32,324 nt of DNA from Candidatus Micrarchaeota archaeon (lineage in GTDB: Archaea; Micrarchaeota; Micrarchaeia; Norongarragalinales; JACRGE01). A model generated the notes under the pieces. It was not told the DNA's origin and ran no database searches. It saw only the letters and a list, made by a program, of their open reading frames with translations. Location: NCBI GenBank assembly GCA_016212465.1, contig JACRGE010000013.1:1-32324 (forward strand), given 5' to 3'. The translations under genes and the position numbers were made by a program. Shown here in pieces: positions 26,620-32,324 of this stretch (within the stretch, counting starts at the first letter, position 1; each line of letters starts with the position of its first letter).

Positions 26620-27495
26620 TCACATTTTCCTCAAAGCCGCGATGCGCTCTTCGATGGGTGGATGGCTCATGAACAGCGAAGCCATTTTCTTCTTCGTGAA
26701 GGGATTTGCGAAGTAAAGCGGTGCTGTGGCACCGTTTGCATTCTGGGTGGGAAGCGCGTCGTTCTTTATTTTTTCCAGCGCATTAGCAAGCCCGTCCGGA
26801 TAGCGCGTGAGCAATGCTCCCGAAGCGTCCGCAAGGAATTCTCTTTTTCTTGAAATCGCGAGCTGAACGAGTTTGGCGAAAATGGGCGCGAAAATCGCGA
26901 AAAGAATTCCGATTATTAGAATGAAGGCGCTCGCTCTGCCTCCACCTCGGTCATTGCCGCCCCATCGCATCCTGAGCATGATGTCGGAAAGAATGACTAC
27001 TATCCCAACCATTACTGCCGCAAGTGTCATAAAACGGACATCATAGTTCTTTATGTGACTCATTTCATGAGCTATAACCCCCTCAAGCTCGTCTCTCTTG
27101 AGCTTCTTCAAGGCGCCAGTCGTGACTGCGATGACGCTGTGCCCAGGGTTTCTTCCGGTCGCGAAAGCGTTTATGGCTTCGTCTTGAACAACGTAAACGC
27201 GGGGCTTCGGAATACCGGCTGCAATCGCCATTTCCTCCACTTCATTGTGTAATTGAAGATACTGGCGCTCGTCTGCTGGCTTTGCGCCTGAAACCGCTAT
27301 GACCAAATCATCTGAGTAATAGTAGTTCCCTAGGGTGAGTAGAATCGCGAGAAAGGCAGCAATAATTACTCCAAAGCCGCCCAATCCTGTTAAATAAGAG
27401 AAGAGAAAGGCAAGAGCCAAGATTAGAATGAAAAAGAACCCGATCAGCAAGTAGGATTTCCTTTTGTTTGAAGCAATTTGGTCGTAGATTAACAT
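26620..27495 (-). CDS. htpX: HtpX-like M48 zinc metalloprotease
   Basis: N-terminal TM helices, HEMSHIKNYD (HExxH), and two further TM helices. Forms the conserved pair with the adjacent lemA gene. Confidence 0.8.
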   Translation of the reverse strand: MLIYDQIASNKRKSYLLIGFFFILILALAFLFSYLTGLGGFGVIIAAFLAILLTLGNYYYSDDLVIAVSGAKPADERQYLQLHNEVEEMAIAAGIPKPRVYVVQDEAINAFATGRNPGHSVIAVTTGALKKLKRDELEGVIAHEMSHIKNYDVRFMTLAAVMVGIVVILSDIMLRMRWGGNDRGGGRASAFILIIGILFAIFAPIFAKLVQLAISRKREFLADASGALLTRYPDGLANALEKIKNDALPTQNANGATAPLYFANPFTKKKMASLFMSHPPIEERIAALRKM

Positions 27496-27546
27496 GGCAC
27501 ACCCTCTTTCTCAAGTGAGCAAAAGAAAAAAGGAAAACAAGAGAAA

Positions 27547-28125
27547 TCAGTCAAACTTCACTTTTACTGGAGCCCTTTCCTCAGGCCTCTCCAACTGGAA
27601 GAACTCTTTCTGGGTGAAACCAAATGTTCCGGCAACCATGTTGCCAGGAAATGTTTGAATGGCAATATTATAGTCCATTACGGCGTCGTTGTAGAACTGC
27701 CGGGCATAAGCGATCTTGCTCTCAATTCCATCCAACTGCTCCTGCAGCGTCTTGAAGTTCTCGCTAGCCCTCAGCTGGGGGTAGTTTTCTGCTATTGCGA
27801 TGATTGACTTCAAAGCCTGAGAAAGCATGTTCTCGGCCGCGGCCCTTTCCCTCAAATCAGGGGAACTGGATGCAGCGACCATTCGTTCCCTTGCTTTAGC
27901 CACATTCTCAAAAATGGTTTTCTCGTGCTTCGCATAAGCCTTAACGGTTTCAACCAAATTCGGAACTAGGTCGTATCTCTTTTTCAGCTGGACGTCAATC
28001 TGGGACCAGGAATTGCTTACCACATTTCTTTTCGCGACTAGGTTGTTGTATAGAAAGAACAAGGCTATCATGATGAAAGCCAACAATCCGAGTATTGCAA
28101 CTACTACAACTATGATGTCCACCAT
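27547..28125 (-). CDS. lemA: LemA family protein
   Basis: N-terminal TM helix followed by WSQIDVQLKKRYDLVPNLVETVKAYAKHE...IAENYPQLRASENF, typical of LemA. Confidence 0.75.
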   Translation of the reverse strand: MVDIIVVVVAILGLLAFIMIALFFLYNNLVAKRNVVSNSWSQIDVQLKKRYDLVPNLVETVKAYAKHEKTIFENVAKARERMVAASSSPDLRERAAAENMLSQALKSIIAIAENYPQLRASENFKTLQEQLDGIESKIAYARQFYNDAVMDYNIAIQTFPGNMVAGTFGFTQKEFFQLERPEERAPVKVKFD

Positions 28126-28266
28126 TAGACCACCAACTACATTTCTCTTTCAGGGGATTTAAAGGTTTGGTTGCATACTCTTTTTAATTACATTAAGGGG
28201 TATTTTTTTAATCCTTAATTTCGTTGTTATTAACTTTAAGAAACGAAATTTTGGCAAGGTGGTTGA

Positions 28267-28746
28267 ATGGAGACAAGGGTTGAAAGAATCGAACCGAAAG
28301 ACTGCAACATTATTCTAGGAATGTCGCATTTCATTAAAACAGCTGAAGATCTCTACGAAGTTTTGGTGACTGCTTCGCCTTCCCTGAAATTCGGGGTAGG
28401 ATTCTGCGAAAGCTCAGGCCCTTGCTTGGTGAGGGTAGAAGGAAACGACGAGGAGCTGAAGAAACTTGCGGGGGAGAGTGCATTCCGCATTGGCGCAGGA
28501 CATTGTTTCATCATCTTCCTCAAAGGAGGTTATCCAATAAACGTTTTGAACCGAATCAAGGAAGTGCAAGAGGTTTGCAACATATTTTGTGCCACAGCTA
28601 ACCCGGTTGAAGTAGTCATTGGCGAAACAGCGCAAGGAAGGGGAATCCTCGGAGTCGTTGATGGACTGAAAAGCAATGGAATAGAGGGGGAGGAGGACGT
28701 CAAGAAGAGAAAGGAATTCCTGAGGAAGATAGGATACAAATTGTAA
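28267..28746 (+). CDS. conserved archaeal protein, adenosine-specific-kinase-like (PF04008-type) family
   Basis: [20 protein letters not shown]...[23 protein letters not shown]...[21 protein letters not shown]...ATANP...GILGVVDG recalls that family. This assignment comes from memory of the family pattern only. Confidence 0.4.
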   Translation: METRVERIEPKDCNIILGMSHFIKTAEDLYEVLVTASPSLKFGVGFCESSGPCLVRVEGNDEELKKLAGESAFRIGAGHCFIIFLKGGYPINVLNRIKEVQEVCNIFCATANPVEVVIGETAQGRGILGVVDGLKSNGIEGEEDVKKRKEFLRKIGYKL

Positions 28747-28949
28747 AAAGTAAAGATTAGATGGACGCAAGGAAAAGGAGAGAGTTTTGGGAAAGAGGTT
28801 CAAACCATAAAGAAGGAGGAAATTAAAAAAAGAGGAATAAATTCTAGAGAAAAATCAAATAAAAGTTGGGAAGGTAGGCTGCAAATTGTAAGGCATAGCC
28901 CATTCTGTTTTAATACTGGGGAATGCATGATTATTAGAAGGTGCTAGAG

Positions 28950-30419
28950 ATGAATGAACGGGAGAGCAGGGTTTTATCTGCACTGAAAACGCATTTCGAG
29001 AAAGCGGATGCAGCAGCTGAACGGATAGGCATGAGCTATTCTGCGTTGATGAGTGTGGTTTCTGGACTCGAGCGCGACAAGTTTGTTGAGGTAAGGAAGG
29101 AAAGCAGGAAGTTCGCTTCGCTTACGCCGGAAGGAAGGGAGTACCTTGAAAGAGGACTGCCTGAAAAACGGCTCTTTGAAGCAGTTGGAAACGAGATGGG
29201 GTTGCGGGAGGCGATTGAAAAAGCTGGTTTGGTGGGAACGGAGAAGACGATTGCGCTCCAGTGGATAATCAAGAAGGGTTGGGCGAAGATAGAGAAAAGG
29301 GATGGGAAAAGTTATTTGAAGCTCCTTGTTTCCAAGTCAAGGGTGGCAGAGGAGAAAACCATTGAATTGATTGGAGGGGAGAGAGAAGAGCTTAAAAAAC
29401 TCAATCAAGAAGAGTTGAATGAACTCACTTCAAGGGGTCTTGTGAGAGTCTCTGAGGAAAGAGCTTTTCATTTAAGGATTTGCGGCAAAGGCGAAAAGGC
29501 TTTGAGGGAAGAAAAAACGGATTCCGGCATATCCCAGCTGACGCCTGAGATGCTCAAAAGCGGGAAATGGGCGGCAAAGAAATTTAGGGAATACTCGCTT
29601 GAAACAGCGGTCGTTCCCCTGAAGATTGGAAAAAAGCAGTTTTACCTGGAATTCCTGAGCGAGATAAAGGAGAAGCTTGTTGGAATTGGTTTCAGGGAAG
29701 CCCATGGACCTCTTGTGGAAACGGAGTTCTGGAACATGGATGTTCTGTTCATGGCACAAGACCATCCAGCGAGGGAAGTGCATGACATCTTTAAAGTAAG
29801 GGAGCCTGAAAACGGTAGGATATTGGACAAGACATTGAAGGAAAGAGTTTACGCTTCACATAAACACGGGGGTAAAACAGGCAGCACTGGATGGGGCTAT
29901 GAATGGAATGCGGAAATCGCTGTCCGTCTCGTGCTACGCTCCCAAACAACTGCAGTTAGCGCAAGAGAGCTTGCAAAGGATCCAAACCCACCGCAGAGGG
30001 TTTTTGCAGTTGGAAAGTGCTTCAGGCCGGACCAAATTGATTGGGCGCATTTCGTTGAGTTCAACCAATGCGAGGGAATCGTGGTGGACGAGGGAATGAC
30101 GTTCAGGGAATTGCTCGGCTACTTAAGGAGCTTCGCGATAGACATTGCAGGAGCAGAGGACGCCAAATTCCGTCCATCGTATTTTCCGTTCACGGAGCCT
30201 AGCGTGGAACTGCTTGCGAAAATCCCTGGCAGGGGTTGGATTGAAGTAGGCGGAGCAGGCATGTTTCGCCCAGAGATGCTGGAAGCACTTGGAGTAGAGG
30301 TCCCAGTATTGGCGTGGGGGCTCGGAATAGACAGGCTGGCGATGATAAAACTTGGAGTGAAGGACATCAGACATCTTTTAACCCAAGATATTGAAATGCT
30401 GAGGAGCAAATCTTACTAA
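28950..30419 (+). CDS. pheS: phenylalanine--tRNA ligase alpha subunit, archaeal type
   Basis: Class II aaRS motifs FRPDQIDWAHFVEFNQCEG, FPFTEPSVE and GAGMFRPEML, plus the N-terminal winged-helix region. Start taken at ATG 28950; a GTG at 28941 is also in frame. Confidence 0.85.
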   Translation: MNERESRVLSALKTHFEKADAAAERIGMSYSALMSVVSGLERDKFVEVRKESRKFASLTPEGREYLERGLPEKRLFEAVGNEMGLREAIEKAGLVGTEKTIALQWIIKKGWAKIEKRDGKSYLKLLVSKSRVAEEKTIELIGGEREELKKLNQEELNELTSRGLVRVSEERAFHLRICGKGEKALREEKTDSGISQLTPEMLKSGKWAAKKFREYSLETAVVPLKIGKKQFYLEFLSEIKEKLVGIGFREAHGPLVETEFWNMDVLFMAQDHPAREVHDIFKVREPENGRILDKTLKERVYASHKHGGKTGSTGWGYEWNAEIAVRLVLRSQTTAVSARELAKDPNPPQRVFAVGKCFRPDQIDWAHFVEFNQCEGIVVDEGMTFRELLGYLRSFAIDIAGAEDAKFRPSYFPFTEPSVELLAKIPGRGWIEVGGAGMFRPEMLEALGVEVPVLAWGLGIDRLAMIKLGVKDIRHLLTQDIEMLRSKSY

Positions 30420-30429
30420 GGTGGGGTAA

Positions 30430-32076
30430 ATGGTCACCATTTCTGTTAGAAAAAAGGATTTTCTTAAACTGGTTGGGAAACATGTTTCGGACAAAGAACT
30501 TGAGGAAACGCTTCCGCTCATTAAATGCGCCGTTGAGGGAATCACTGAAGAGGAGATGGCTCTTGAAATAACCGGCGACAGGCCGGACTTGCTCTCGTCA
30601 GAAGGCGTTGCAAGAGCATTAAAGGGTTTTCTTGGAATGGAGAAGGGTGCACCCAAGCTTCGCTTGAAGAAAAGCGGGATGAAAATAATGGTGGAAAGGA
30701 GCGTTGAACCGGTCAGACCGTTCGTAGTAAGCGCTGTTGTAAAAGGGATTGAGATAACCGGCGGTTACATCAAGGGCTTGATGCAGCTGCAGGAGAAACT
30801 GCATTTGACGCACGGAAGGAAGAGGAGAAAGGTTGCAATTGGGATACACAACCTTGACGTATTAACAGGGGATTTTGTTTACAAGGCAGTTTTGCCAGAG
30901 GAGATAGAGTTTGTTCCGCTGGGAAAGCATACGAAAATGAACTTGAAGGAAATCCTTGAAAAGCACGAGAAAGGAAGGGAGTACGCGTTTACTCTTGAAG
31001 GAAAACAGTTGTATCCAATTATTTTGGATGGAAAAGGAGAGGTAGTAAGCTTCCCGCCCATCATCAATAACTCTCTTACAGTCGTAACCGAAGAAACAAG
31101 GAATTTTTTCCTTGACCTAACTGGAGAAAACTTTGATGCAGTGAATGTCGCTTTAAACATACTATGCCATGATTTCCAGGATCGCGGAGCAAGTATTGAA
31201 AGCGTTGAAGTCATTTACCCAAACAACAGAATCATTGAAACGCCCGTCGTAAAAGAAACGGCGATGAGAGTGGGATTTGAGGAAGCGAACAAGATGCTTG
31301 GAATACACTTGAAAGCACTGGAAATGGTGGAGTTGCTGAAGAAGCAAAGGATTGATGCAGTTGCGGAAGGGGGTTGGGTGAATACAAAAATCCCGTGCTA
31401 TAGAGGAGATTTCCTGCATCCGGTTGACTTGATTGAAGAAATCGCGATTGGATACGGCTTCAATAACTTCGAACCACTTGCTCCACGCATTTTCACGAAA
31501 GGAAGCGCAAGCACCCTCACAGTCTTAGTGAACAAAGCGAGGGACCTTGCAATCGGAGCTGGTTTCCTTGAAACCCATACGTATGTTATTACGAACGAAA
31601 ACACTTTGAGGAAGGCAAAAACAAGCGAGAAGCCAGTTATAATATCAAACCCGGTTAGCTTGGACTTGAATTGCTTGAGGCCCCGGATTACCCCAATCCT
31701 GTTGGAAGCGCTTTCGAAAAACACGCACAACGATTATCCTCAAAGAGTTTTTGAAGCAGGTGAAGTCGTCGTTTTGAAGGAAGGAACGGAGACGGAGACT
31801 CAAACCCAATTCAACCTCGCAGCAGTCTCCGCTCACGCCGAGGCGAACTTTTCTGAAATCGTATCTGCCCTTGACGCAATCATGAAAGGACTTAGGAGGA
31901 AATACGAATTGAAGAAAACGAAGAAAGAACGCTTCATTGAAGGAAGGTGCGCAGAAATAATAGAAGGAGGCAGGGTGGGAGGGGAAGTGGGGGAGGTTCA
32001 TCCACTTGTTTTAAAGGAATTCGGTCTGACGATGCCTTGCGCTTCATTCGAGTTCAAGCTCAAGGAAGTTGAGTGA
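30430..32076 (+). CDS. pheT: phenylalanine--tRNA ligase beta subunit, archaeal type
   Basis: N-terminal B3/4-like domain (SVRKKDFLKLVGK...ITGDRPDLLS) and C-terminal B5 and catalytic-like domains. Sits immediately downstream of pheS. Confidence 0.85.
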   Translation: MVTISVRKKDFLKLVGKHVSDKELEETLPLIKCAVEGITEEEMALEITGDRPDLLSSEGVARALKGFLGMEKGAPKLRLKKSGMKIMVERSVEPVRPFVVSAVVKGIEITGGYIKGLMQLQEKLHLTHGRKRRKVAIGIHNLDVLTGDFVYKAVLPEEIEFVPLGKHTKMNLKEILEKHEKGREYAFTLEGKQLYPIILDGKGEVVSFPPIINNSLTVVTEETRNFFLDLTGENFDAVNVALNILCHDFQDRGASIESVEVIYPNNRIIETPVVKETAMRVGFEEANKMLGIHLKALEMVELLKKQRIDAVAEGGWVNTKIPCYRGDFLHPVDLIEEIAIGYGFNNFEPLAPRIFTKGSASTLTVLVNKARDLAIGAGFLETHTYVITNENTLRKAKTSEKPVIISNPVSLDLNCLRPRITPILLEALSKNTHNDYPQRVFEAGEVVVLKEGTETETQTQFNLAAVSAHAEANFSEIVSALDAIMKGLRRKYELKKTKKERFIEGRCAEIIEGGRVGGEVGEVHPLVLKEFGLTMPCASFEFKLKEVE

Positions 32077-32146
32077 AACGCGCGAATTGAATAATATCCC
32101 AACGGATACTAAAAAAGCTTGTGTCGGGCATTGAAAGGTGCAACCA

Positions 32147-32324
32147 ATGGAAGACGAGCCGCTTGTTTTATTGGAGGAGTTGCACGGAATTCCTCTTCTC
32201 CTTGCTGGAGGGTACTTGAAGGACAACAACGAAAGGGTTCGAAAGTGGTTCGGCGAATATTTTGCCGACGTGTTCGTTTTCAGAAAATCAGTTGGCGAGT
32301 TCTGGTACCCCCGGAAGTATTTCC
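32147..32324 (+). CDS. hypothetical protein, 5' fragment that continues past the window end
   Basis: ATG at 32147 opens MEDEPLVLLEELHGIPLLLAGGYLKDNNERVRKWFGEYFADVFVF... with no stop before the window ends. No family recognised. Confidence 0.3.
   Translation, partial: MEDEPLVLLEELHGIPLLLAGGYLKDNNERVRKWFGEYFADVFVFRKSVGEFWYPRKYF

Overview
This is an archaeal chromosomal segment of roughly 40-45% GC. All the recognisable informational genes are of the archaeal type: PCNA, RpoL, exosome Csl4, membrane-anchored LonB, Sec11-type signal peptidase, short-form tRNase Z and split PheS/PheT. The window reads as five parts. (1) 916-10499: a tightly coupled surface-glycan locus with a GT-C membrane glycosyltransferase, a five-gene operon and a sequon-rich anchored surface protein. 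The operon contains a cytidylyltransferase-like NTase, a GT2, a GDPD-like phosphodiesterase, a large fusion protein (2x GtrA + RPE-like + LicD/fukutin-like pol-beta NTase) and a His-phosphatase. (2) A 4.6-kb block (csl4, SpoIIM-like, stomatin, DUF373) bracketed by two near-identical 142-bp inverted repeats, next to about 590 nt of repeat-containing noncoding DNA. (3) lonB, a HAD hydrolase, and an RNase Z with an atypical metal-binding motif. (4) A 2-oxoacid:ferredoxin oxidoreductase locus (delta-alpha-X-beta). Its beta gene is split by a 368-aa LAGLIDADG intein, and an unrecognisable 385-aa basic ORF X sits between alpha and beta. (5) htpX-lemA and pheST. I found no CRISPR array, rRNA or tRNA. 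The two candidates I would rank highest as new biology are the glycan-decoration system with its unusual fusion protein and the intein plus ORF X inside the por operon.
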